Source: Lama glama
Taxonomy: Eukaryota
Length of the DNA: 64,000 bases
Reading direction: 5' to 3'
NCBI GenBank assembly: GCA_028534125.1
Contig: CM052817.1
Coordinates: 77,006,001-77,070,000 of the forward strand
The notes beneath the pieces were generated by a model that was given only the letters and a program-made list of their open reading frames with translations, was not told the origin of the DNA and ran no database searches. Both the position numbers and the translations under genes were made by a program. The number at the start of each line of letters is the position of its first letter. Position 1 is the first letter of the stretch. Shown piece by piece: positions 13,632 to 25,205 of the stretch.

Positions 13632-15549
13632 TTCAAAAGTACACCCTGTCATTTCTTCTGTATTGGTAACTGCTACTATGACATAATTACAAGTAAAAAT
13701 AAGATTTAACCCATCAGAAATGCTCGGTCATGCAAGATCCCTGTCCCCAACAGGTGACTCTAAAGGTACTCTTGAAGTAAATCCTTTTTTATACAAAACT
13801 CTTTTAATAGCTTTATAAGTAATAAAAGCTCATTTTATCAAATTTGCAAAATAAAAGTATAAAAAAATCCCAACCCACTGCTAATATTTAGGTACACATT
13901 TATGGGGAAAATACTAACTATAATTTTTAATGGTTAAAAAAATTCTTTGTACAAATTAGTGGATCTCAAACTAAGTAAAGGTCTTAGATCTAGTATTTAA
14001 CAAGCCCCAGGTGATTCTTATGCAGGTGGTTCTGCATCAAACTTTAGTGCAGAAAAAATAGAATTTATTTCCCTACTGTTGCACACTGACTTTTAAAATT
14101 TTAGATTTCTTATAATTATATACATCCTTATATAAAATCTTGGTGGACAGCTGAGATTTCTTCCCAGAAGTGGAATTTTTATTCAACAGGTATAAACATT
14201 TTTTAGTGTTCTGGATATATACTGTTAAATACAGGGCACATCTTTGGAAAGCAAATTATACATCTGAAATGTTATAATTAAAATGTAACAATTTTTAAAA
14301 AGGTGTTTTCTGTTTTACTTTGTCTATCAGAGTTCTCATCTGTCTGGTATATATTTCTGTTTAGTGTTAATAAAGGATCTAGCTTTATTTTGGGCCCAAA
14401 AGTAGTTGTCCCAGTAACTTCCTACTGATTTAAAGGGCTTTTTAATTTACTTATTTACTATGCACATAAGTACCCAAGCCATTTCTTGGTCTTTATAGTT
14501 TAGTAATTAGCTACACGTTAGAATTACCTTGGGAGCTTTTAAAATAAAGCAAAACCTGACCCCAACCTGATGTCAATTGAAGTAGCATTACGACCTCAAG
14601 TAAAGTGGGAGTGGGGCCAGACATGGGTAATATTTTTTAAATCCCAAAATGATTTCAATGAACAACTGAGACTGTTAACCACCGCTGTAGTTGGCATCAT
14701 TGATGTCTTTGCCTACTCCTGCGCCAACATCACATGAATTTGATTTCAGGTGAATTTGGAGGTCAAGTCACCCTCCCCAGCCAGCCAACACCCACATCAA
14801 GAAAAACAAAAGATCTCTATGAGGATAGCATTCATTCAATGTATAGATTAATTTCTATTTTGTCTTCCCATTCAGGGTTGTGGTGTATCACTTACGAAGT
14901 CTTCTAGCTTTAGGAAAGATTTAGTTTTTTTTTTCACATAGACCTCAATTCTTGTGAAGTTTATTCCTTATTTTTTTTTAATTTTGAATCTTCTATAAAT
15001 GAGATTTTTTTTTATTTTTATTTTCTCCACTACATATAGGAACACTATTGCTTTTTTAAAAACATTTATATTTTATATTGTTGCATTAATAAACATTAGC
15101 TCTAGTGTCTTTCCAGTTGTTTCTCTGGGGTTTCCTAGGTGAACAATCATATTAGTCATATAACAGTTTTGGCTTTTTCTTTAATACCAATACCTCAATT
15201 CTTAATGATTCATGAAATTGGAGCTCCAGACAATATTGAGTCATTACAGTAATAGCAGGTACACTTATTTTATTCCTATTTGATGCTTGTCTGTGATATA
15301 GAGTCAAAGTAGTTTTATTTTATTCTCAGCTTCCTAAGGGATGTGATGAAGGAGTGCAGATTTTTATTGTATCTTTTCAAAATTATTAAGATGCTCATAT
15401 TTGTTTTCATTTATAAACAACACACTCTAATATGTCTACTGAATGCCTCAGCTCAAAACATTCTTCTATACTTGCAATAGACTCTGTTTGTGGTATTGTT
15501 ATCTAAATACACTGCTGAATTAAATTTGCTAATATTTTGTTTAAATTTT

Positions 15550-15670
15550 AGTGGTAGTGGGGTAATTAGGTTTATTATTTATATATTTAATGGAGGTACT
15601 GGGCACTGAACCCAGGACCTCATGCATGCTAGGCATGCACTCTGTCACTGAGCTGTACCATACCCACCTA
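15550..15670 (-). mobile_element. Camelid-type tRNA-derived SINE
   Basis: Reverse complement of the same consensus (ggtaattaggttt..gaggtactgggcactgaacccaggacctc..cactgagctgtacc). Confidence 0.8.
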
Positions 15671-18600
15671 GAATTTTTAATGTAGATTCATGAGATTGGG
15701 ATAGTTTTCTTTTGCATATGTGTACCTATCTTGTCTAGTCTTGAAACAAAGTTATATTAGCCTCATAAAATGAATGGAAAGATTTTCATCTTTTTTTCTT
15801 CTTTTGCTCTACAATAATTTATATAACTCGAAACCATCTGTCTTAAAGATTGGTCAAAACTCTCCAGCAAAAAGTCAGAGTCATTTCTTCTGTGGTCATT
15901 CCTTCCTATCTTTTTTATCAATTTTTATAATTATATTTTTGTTGAAAATGTAGTTTCCGAGATAATTGTTCATTTCATCTAGATTTCCAAATTCATTAAC
16001 TAAAAGTAGTTCACAGTACTCTACAATTTTTTTAACCTTCTGTGTATTTGTGCTTATATGCCTTTTCTCTAATGTCTACCTGTATTCTCTCCTTTTTTTT
16101 AATTGGAATTGCCAGAGAGTGCTATTTTATTAATCTCTTTTACAATGCAAATAATTGCTGATATGTGCATGTAAATGTAAGCAACCTGAAATTCAAATAG
16201 GCATAATGTGAAGAAAATTAAAAATTAATAGCATCCTGAAACTAATCCTAGATGATTCCCATCAGCTTGGGGAGTGAGAATGAGCAGAGGTAGAAAGTAA
16301 CTAACAGCATGCTAAATGTCTTGATATTTTTCAGAAAAGGTAAGTTTTTGAAATGGGTAAGAAAATACGCCAGCATGTTTGCTAAAAATTTAAAGAGAAT
16401 TCCTAGTAAAACAATAAGAATGCTGAAATTCCAAACCACTAGAGAAAGCAAGGAAAGAAAATAGAAAATTAGATTGCTTGCAACCTTCAAAAAACAGAAG
16501 GTTACACAAAGAACAGACAACACAGCATGATAAATAGCGTAAAAGTAGATGACGGGTGGAAGTAAACTGGTAGAAAATAAAATTAGACTCATTAAATAAA
16601 ACAAAAGGATGATTTCTTAGCAATTTACCAATCAATGTATAGACTATGTATCACTTTAGACACATGACAAGTTGAGAACATTGTTAACTAACAAAAGTGC
16701 ATAATTAAAGACATTCTCAATGATATAGTGAAATCTAATAAATTTTTCTTTGACTTTTTAAAAAATAATTAAGGACTCTGTCATCTGTACATAAAAGGGA
16801 AAGGACTTCTCGGTGGGCTACACGCATGCAGTAATTCACAGCTGAGAATTTCCACAAGACAATACGCTCTAATACATTAGTCGTTAAACTGGGTATCAAG
16901 GGCTCCTAGGAGTAGATGATGACTTTCCAAGGGATGTAAGGCCTTTACAGGAACCGATATGCAGATCAAGAAAATCTATGTGTATTCTCTCCTAAAACTG
17001 GTCTTGCTAAAGTCAAGATCAACCTCTCTGTCAAACTTTCCCTTTTCCCATTTCACAAAAGAAAGGCACCTCTTTCACTCATTCTATCTGATCACAGGGT
17101 ACTGTTCCCAGATTTAAAAGCCTCTAAAGTGGCCAAAAGAACAATTCAAAATAAATGATAGCAATGAAGCCTCCTTTAACCCAACCTATCTAAGTCTAAG
17201 AAATAGGAGCTTTGGTCAACTTTTCTTCCTTATGTTTAATAATTATTTATCAAATTTTATTTTTTGTTGTTGTTTTTAATTAGTTGTGTACGAGAAACCA
17301 TCAAATCCTAACAGGAACTTGTTAGAAGAACTAATTTCTCTCTCTTGCTCTCCTCATGTGTGTACTCAGACACACACACATTTTTAAAAGCATAATAACA
17401 TTAGGATTATGTGGGGAAAGAAAATTTAAAACACAATTTCAAGGAGAAAAATGAACTATGTAAAATTTGTGAACATCAAAGAAGAACATGTTCATGTATT
17501 TTTTAAGTGAATGATAGAGTATCAAAGCACTATGATATTTCTATTTTATTGGATATAATTAAAAGATGATATAACTGTTCTATTTTTAAATGTCATATAC
17601 AAACATGCCAGAAATTAACTTCTCTGAAGCTATTTAAATGTAAGATAGAAGTTATACTTAATTTTAGGTCTTTACGACAACAATAAGGTACATTATTTTT
17701 TAAATTCTTCTAAAGGATACTACTCTAAAAAATACACAGTCCAAGAACAATGTTATATTGAAATATATGCTAATGGATTCACACAAAGTTCAAATAGAAT
17801 GGAATTTTCATCATAGCTAGTCTGTCTTAACAAGGTTTACTGATACAAACACATTCTCTCTCAACCCTCTAAAAACAATGTGCTCATGTGCTAGACTTTG
17901 TCAGACATTATGTAATAGATCATTAAAGAGTGCCTGTTACTTTCTGTTCACTCTAAATATATCTATATTAGTTACCATTCACGTTCCTGGTATTCATTAC
18001 TTCATTTCTGTTTCTCCCATTATGGGAAAGCTTTCTAATGCTATTTTGATTCTCAGTGTTTCCAAGGACTAATCCTCAAGTGTGATATGGCTGGCTGAGG
18101 GACAGGCCTCTGGAATTCTTATTAATAAAGCACAAGCCTTTTGACAGCTTCAAAGTTTTCTGGATTGATTTCTACGAACAAATGCTTTATTAAAGATTTT
18201 TAATAATTCAAAGCTGGCATGGGGAGAAAGAGTCTCAGTCTAATCACATAGCTATTTACAATTATATTTAACTCTTATATGTAAAATATTTATATACATA
18301 TATAAAACATATTGAACATAATTGTTCTTATATAAAATTCCATTTCCCCTCAGTGGGAAATTATAAAGACATTCAAGTATATTTAGACTGATCAAATATA
18401 TAAATGATTCTCGTAAATACTATTTGATGGCAAACTGTAGATTGTACACTAGAAGATGACTATTCAATTTGTTATAGTAACATTAAATTACTGATTTATT
18501 AAGAGGCTTTATTTTAAAAAGCAAGTACAAAGTTAAGATCTTCTTTGCTTTTCTTGATAATAGTCACAGAAATATTATTGAAAATTGCTACAAACTTTGT

Positions 18601-19105
18601 CCACTTAATCTAGGTTGTTTCTCACCTAAATTCACTATTTGAGTTGATTATAAAATGGACTAAATGATAAGTAAAAAAGCAATGAAAAATGTATAAAGAA
18701 AACAAAGTGAAAATGCATTGATTAATATTCTTACAGACTTTTTCTCTCCTTAAGCATGACTTAGACACACAAGTCAAGGATCAACTGTGATCTTTCCTTT
18801 CCTATTTTCCTTCATGTTTCCAAAGGTAATACCAGGTGTCCTGAATCACCACTATCAAAAAAATAAAAATAAAAGTAAGCCAAAATACCAGTCTCGAGCA
18901 GCAATATACTTTAATGAATGATTTTAGGTAAGGAAATTCACTGGGAACGTAATGTAAGAATAATAATTTTTTTTTCAAATGGAGGAAACAAGGTTAGAAA
19001 TACAGTGAGCAAAAAAGGAAACTTAAATTGCTGACTAAATTCACCTAGGCATCTAATGCAGACTTCTCCTACCTTCGTCTACTACCCCACATACCACCAA
19101 TTTTG

Positions 19106-19273
19106 GGGGCTATTTATTTATTTTTTAGAAATTGTATGTTTATTGGGGGGGGTGTGATTAGGTTTGTTTGTTTGTTTGTTTGTTTATATATTTAGTGGCA
19201 GTCGTGGGGATGGAACCCAGGACATTGTGCACCTTAAGCACATAATCTACCAGTGAGCTATTCCCTCCCCTCT
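19106..19273 (-). mobile_element. Camelid-type tRNA-derived SINE with TSD
   Basis: Same consensus on the minus strand; flanking direct repeat aca(t/c)accaccaattttg at about 19089 and 19274. Confidence 0.8.
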
Positions 19274-19657
19274 ACACACCACCAATTTTGAATACTGAAA
19301 ATCTGTATTACAAATAATGGACACATTGACCAGAAGACAATTAGAACTGCAACCAGGTCCAAAACTGAGCAGTACATTGAAGTAGTATCTCAGCAACCAA
19401 AAACAATCCTTGACTTAAAACTTTAGAAAAAAACATTTGAACTTTCATTAAAATAGAAATACTTTCAAAAATAAAGATGTATTCTTTTTTAAAAAAAGAT
19501 GTCTTCAGCAAAAGAATAACCAGTTAAATGTATCAATACTTAAGATACACATAGATGCATAATTAAGGATACATTTTAAAATCCAAATTGCTACTAGTAA
19601 TACACTATGAGCTAGGCAATTTATGTATATTAGTTCAAATTTCATAATCCTCTAAAC

Positions 19658-20197
19658 TGTACCATGTTCCATATATTTCCTGCTCCAAAATCAGAGTTTT
19701 CATGGTCATTTGCAGACATGGGTAAAGTCTCAAAACACTAGAGTTGCCCAGTTGAGTTCTCAAAAGGAGATCAACTGCCTTTTGACTTCAGCTCTCAAAC
19801 TGGAAACAAGGGTCCTTTTCCCAGTTTATTTAGTGCTATGTTTTTCCGCACTGTAACTCATGCCTGAATGAAGCCTTTCTAACACACTTATTTTCCCCTT
19901 AAGGCAGTCACAGCCTTCCTTCATTCAGGAATGATAGAAAGCACTTCAGCAAAACACCAGAGGGTTATTTTAAACAGTGAACTCATCAACAAAAAGGCAC
20001 AAAAAAAAAAAAAAAAAAAAAAGGCACCAGCAGACTGCAAAAAGGACAATTGCTTGTAATCACAAGAGCTAAAACAAAAAGGCAGAACATCCCTTGGTTC
20101 AACTCAGCTCTAGAAGCAATGGCTCAGTATTTCCTAATTCAGCGTTCACAGTGACTTTATAGGATATAATTACTGCAAGTGACAATAACCAACAGTA
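19658..20197. mobile_element. MER44/Tigger7-like DNA transposon
   Basis: catggtcatttgcagacatg..agcacttcagca..ttttaaacagtgaa..gaagcaatggctcagtatttcctaattcagcgttcacagtgactttatag. Confidence 0.6.
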
Positions 20198-20545
20198 ATT
20201 TCAGTAATTGCAGAATCCCTCAAAGGGCTACTGTGTTGAAACATAAATCACAGAATAAAGGTTAACACCTCTGGCTGACAGAGGAGTATTATGAATAGAC
20301 AAGTGTTATCAGACTGTTTATTATTAGACAAAAGCTACATTTCTTGACTAACATAATGTATATACTTCTTATGAGAAAATAGAAAAATTTAGATATTTAC
20401 TACGTAATATTTCTTTATAATTCTGAATCAAATCAGCATGCTGCCAGCATTTTCCATTGAATCATATTAATTTTTGGCAAGGACAAGAGTGAAAACTCAG
20501 AAACGTTCATCAAGTAACGACCGCAAATAATTAGGTTTCCCTTAC

Positions 20546-20687
20546 TTGTAGCCAAGCTGTCGACAGATCACAGCTGCATCCTTATCAGTCCAGCCATCAT
20601 CACAAATTGTTCCCCACTGGCCATTGATAAAAACCTCCACTCGTCCTTCTTTCTTATTTTCTCCATCCATCAGTCTGATAGGAAAAC
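20546..20687 (-). CDS. PRSS12: Neurotrypsin exon 8 (142 bp), N-terminal half of SRCR4
   Basis: [47 protein letters not shown](K); acceptor acttag|, donor |gtaagg. Confidence 0.96.
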
Positions 20688-21184
20688 CTAAGTCATGATT
20701 CAAAGGCATTAGAAAAGCCAAAGCAAGCAAACTGATGCTAAAGCATAAGAGACTTTATAAAACACTACTTATTTTTTAAATGAGTTAAAAATCAGCTAAG
20801 CAGTTAGAGAGAGAGAGAATATCCATTAAAAAAAAAACTGTATCTACTTTTGCAATATCTTTTGGAGCCTTGAGGTCAGAGTGCTGACCTTGCTCAACTT
20901 TGTATTCCCAGCACTTGGAACAGTGCCTGGCATAATAGAGAACATGTAATAGCTGTTTGCTGAATAAACGAATAAACAGCACTGTAAAACTGTGAATTGT
21001 ATTACTACCCCTAACTTCTAGACAATAAAAGACATTAACTTGGAGTTGTTTTTGTTCTATATCTACTCATTTATCCATGAACACAGCTAGAAATTTATAC
21101 TTCAAAACTAGGATTTTTAGGAAGAATTTTTAGGATTTTTAGATACACCCCTGCATGTACAAGTAACTTGAATGATGAAAGACA

Positions 21185-21256
21185 AGAAAAGAAAAGAAAA
21201 GAAAAGAAAAGAAAAGAAAAGAAAAGAAAAGCAAAGCAAAGCAAAGCAAAGCAAGC
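21185..21256. repeat. Compound pentanucleotide microsatellite (GAAAA)n(GCAAA)n
   Basis: Directly visible: about 9 GAAAA units followed by about 4-5 GCAAA units. Confidence 0.95.
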
Positions 21257-21487
21257 ACCAACAAGGACAATTTCCATCTCAGACTTCCTATTTATGATTG
21301 ATTCCAAAGGAAGGGCTTAAGCCCAAAAAACTACTAAGATGTAAAAGTTAAGACTGATCTCTAGCAAATTGGGGTTTATCTAAATTATGCAAATGAAGTG
21401 ATTTGTCATTGAGTTTTTCACACATCTCTGTCGACACCAATAAATACGGTTTTGTTTAATTAAAAACTCTCACTATGACTTGCATAC

Positions 21488-21782
21488 TGTCATGGGTTGA
21501 ATTGTGAGGTAATATATAGAGTGGGCCCTAATCCAATTTGTACACGGAGCTATACAGAAGGAAGATGATGTGAAGAGACATAGGAAGAAAACGGCCATCT
21601 GCAAGCCAAGGAGGGAGGCCTGGAACAGATCTTTCCCTCTGAGCCTTCAGAAGGAACTCACCCTGTGGACAACTTGATTTTGGACAGCTAGCTTCCAGAA
21701 GTGTGAGACAACAAATACTTATTGTTTAAGAAGCCCAGTCTGTGGATACTTTGTCACAGAAACCGAAGCCAACTAATATACA
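21488..21782 (+). mobile_element. MaLR LTR (MLT1-like)
   Basis: tgtcatgggttgaattgtg..ggccatctgcaagccaagg..gcttccagaagtgtgagacaacaaa..ttgtttaag..aactaatataca. Confidence 0.8.
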
Positions 21783-24700
21783 CACTTTAGATTACCCAGT
21801 TACTAGAAAGGTCTCCAGCTTTGAGGCCCCTAAGGTTTACTGATAAGGATTTAGGGAATACAATCAAACATGGTGAAATTATCAGAACTAAGCAGGTGAA
21901 GGAAGCAGCTAATGAACAAAGTATGATTCAGTATGTGCTTAAACCAACACATACAATCACTAAATTCTTTTCTTTTCACTGAAGGAAAATACTGTTGGCA
22001 AGACGGACACGTCCTACTTTGACGCCTTTGATTCTCCTTTGTTGCCCGCAGAATTGCTGGCTAATTCCTGCTCCTGATTACACTCACTTCGTGGAACAGG
22101 CATCATAGTAGAATCAACGGGGAAAAGTTAAAATCAGCAAATGTTTGCGGAGTGCTGACTCTATGCACTGCTTACTTTAGCTAAAATTCTTGATGTTTTA
22201 GGGATGTCACAAAACACAGTATATTTGAAACTTCACATTTCTTATTATTGTATCTGAAATTTGAGGGGTCTTTGTAAGTGGAGCAAGGTGACAAAGTGAT
22301 CCTCAAAAAAAAATTTAAACAGAGGAAATTCCTAAAGTTCTCAATTTTTACATTTTTCGGATCTTTGGTGCAAAATTAAAAAGTCATATGCACATGGAAT
22401 TAGACCCCCACATTCTATCCTAGTTGTTTTATGGGCAGTTTTTCATATGTCATATAAAAATAAGAATGATAAAGTATTTTTAAAGCCTAAGATGCATACT
22501 GTGTGAAAACAATACATACAATATTTCCAAACCTAATTTTAGCCATTTATTTTATCAATTCATTGGATTTTCGATGCTTGAAGGGAAACTGAATGACAGA
22601 AGCCATCCTATCAATACCACCTTGCTGTTTAAGTTCTTTCTATTATGGCAATAATAATACACATGTTTTATTTCTAAAATCTTAAATAAATACAAACTTC
22701 ATGGGAAAACTAAACAGTCCTATGGTTATACAGTATCTTTAATTATATATTTCAAACTTTGATTACAATAACTTACTTTGATTTTTCTGTAATATTGATT
22801 TAATACATAATTATTAAGGAAATAATATTTTTCTTAGAAGAAAGATAAAATCTAGCATAAATGTGAATAAAAAGTCAAATTTTGTGCTGTAAAATTGAGT
22901 AAGAGACAATATCACTGGGAAAGAAATCTCTGCTAAGATGTAATACTCTGAACTTAAGAGTTAATGCAATATTAAAATGAGAAATCCACATATTTACCAT
23001 CCCACAAATTTCCCCCAATTCACATAGGCATTAACTGCATTCTCACTAAAACTACTTTTACTGACCTACAGTATTGTTTTTGAGCATTCTATCTACCACA
23101 CACCCAAAAACAGAAAGTATCTATTGAACTATTACTCATTTTGAGAAAAATTTACTCACATTTAAAGTCTACAAGTTACCCTTCAAATAGCTGAATACTG
23201 TAATAGTCCAACAGCTCATTATCACAGTGCCAAAGAAGTTTAAAAAAATCTCAGTTGTTTTTAAAATGCTATTGTTTATATCACAATTCCACGATCTTCT
23301 TCTCTAAGCTTCTCTTTTAATTATACAGTCCTTTTTGATAAGTGAGAAAGTAATGATCTCTTTGGGTGAATAAGTGGTAATCTGATTCAATTCCAGAAGG
23401 ATAATTTGGCTCCGATATCATGTTCTTCAGACAAATGAGTAGTTAATAGATATACCCCAAAATTAGGATCAAATAGATTCATAATAATGATCCCATATTT
23501 TATTAATAATGATCACCCTCAGCTTTTTAAATTTTTTAAAAATATATTTATAATCCTAGAAATAAAAAGATTTTTAGGGGAACTGAAAGGATTAGTTGTC
23601 CTAACTGTATGCATATATTTAACCATACAGATCTTCAGAGAACTCAGATTATGGTATTTTGTGTAGTATTTGTAATACTTTATCACCTAGAGTACTTATC
23701 AAGTGTGCCTGCAGAGATCACTCCATGATCCAAGCACCTGATGTCTGGCGTTAAAAGGATCTGTTTCTAGCAAATAAACCCTAACTCCCCAAACCACATG
23801 TAACCATTCATCACATAATCCTGGGAGGATTATAAACCCTCCATAAGAAGAAAGGAGCAAGGGAGGAGAACACACAAAAAAAGACAAAGTTGGAAACATG
23901 ACCTATAAGGGATGGGGTGAAATGCTGCATTTCCACTGGGCACAAGGATAGATCAGGGCAGTGAGTCATTGTGGTCTCACAGTTTAGAGTACACGAGGAA
24001 TCAACTATATACTCTGACTGATTTCAGTATACCAAAGAGTTGATACTGTGGGTTTCTACACATTCCATTATTTTATAACATGAAGAGTCCAGCTTCACAG
24101 TCTCAAAACAGGAGTAAACAAAAGGGGTTGATTTCAACCCTGAGTGAAAAGACCCACCTGTGGTTATTCTAACATCTGTGCACCAAAAAAATACTTGCAT
24201 AGATAGAAAGCAGAGCTATGGTAGTACCCTGGCAAGTCTTTTGAAAATCTCCCTCTATATTTTTCATTCATATTTATTCTGCCCTCCTCATCAGATGTTA
24301 AGTCTGTTAAGGACATGTAGCTGCTCTCTGCTCACAAAAAGCTATCTATAAATATTCAAGACTGTTAGATGAGCTAACCTTTTATCCGACTGTAAGTCTC
24401 TAGAAATTTGGAACAAGGAAGTAATAAAGGATGCTGATGGTATTTCAGTTACAGGTTACCTTAAAAAGATAGTGGGCTACTTACTCCAATGAATCCAGCT
24501 AAGGAGCCCACTGGGAAACTTGAAAGATCTAGGTTAGGACAGGAGCACTGGATGGCTGGCAACCAATGTCAGACAAAGACTCAGGACTGAAGAAGAAATG
24601 AATCATGGGCGGTAGGACAGAGAGCTATCATTTCTTTCTAATTTTTTTTTAATCTTTTCTCAAATAGTTCATTAGAATTCAAGGTAAATGAGAATCAGAA

Positions 24701-25008
24701 GAGGTGACTAATCAGTGGGGGAACAGACACTGTAGCTTCTTTATTCCATCTTTCAGGTACATGTGATTATAAACATTTTTAGTGAGAAACTTGGGCTTAT
24801 AGGTAGAGAAAAATTAGGAGTAGATATTTTTAACATTGGTAAAAAGAGTCAAAAGATTATTTTTCTCTGCATGGAAATTACTGAAAATTAGAGTATTATG
24901 GGAAATAGACTAAGAAAAAGCCAAAGATGAGAAATGCTCCACTTTCCAGACCAGTGGATAGAGGCTCAGTAGCTACTGAAATGCTTTAAAGTTGCAGCAG
25001 GTCCTCAC

Positions 25009-25205
25009 CCAGAGACAGTCTGTGTCCATCACCATCAGGAGAGCAGGCAATACCAACGTCTTCCCCGTGGCTGCAGTCATGCCTTCCCCACGGTCTCCGG
25101 GAACACTGAAGGAAACTGCTTTCCTTTCCTGAGCAGCTGACGTCATCCAACCATATGGGCCCTGTGCTTTCTTCAAAGTAGTTTGCAGAGGCTTGTTTGC
25201 CATAT
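25009..25205 (-). CDS. PRSS12: Neurotrypsin exon 7 (197 bp), C-terminal half of SRCR3
   Basis: YGKQASANYFEESTGPIWLDDVSCSGKESSFLQCSRRPWGRHDCSHGEDVGIACSPDGDGHRLSL; acceptor ccacag|, donor |gtgagg. Confidence 0.96.

Noticed and set aside
16248..16604. 118-aa hydrophobic ORF resembling a membrane protein
   Set aside because: T-rich intronic composition yields Phe/Leu/Ile by chance; no motif or splice support
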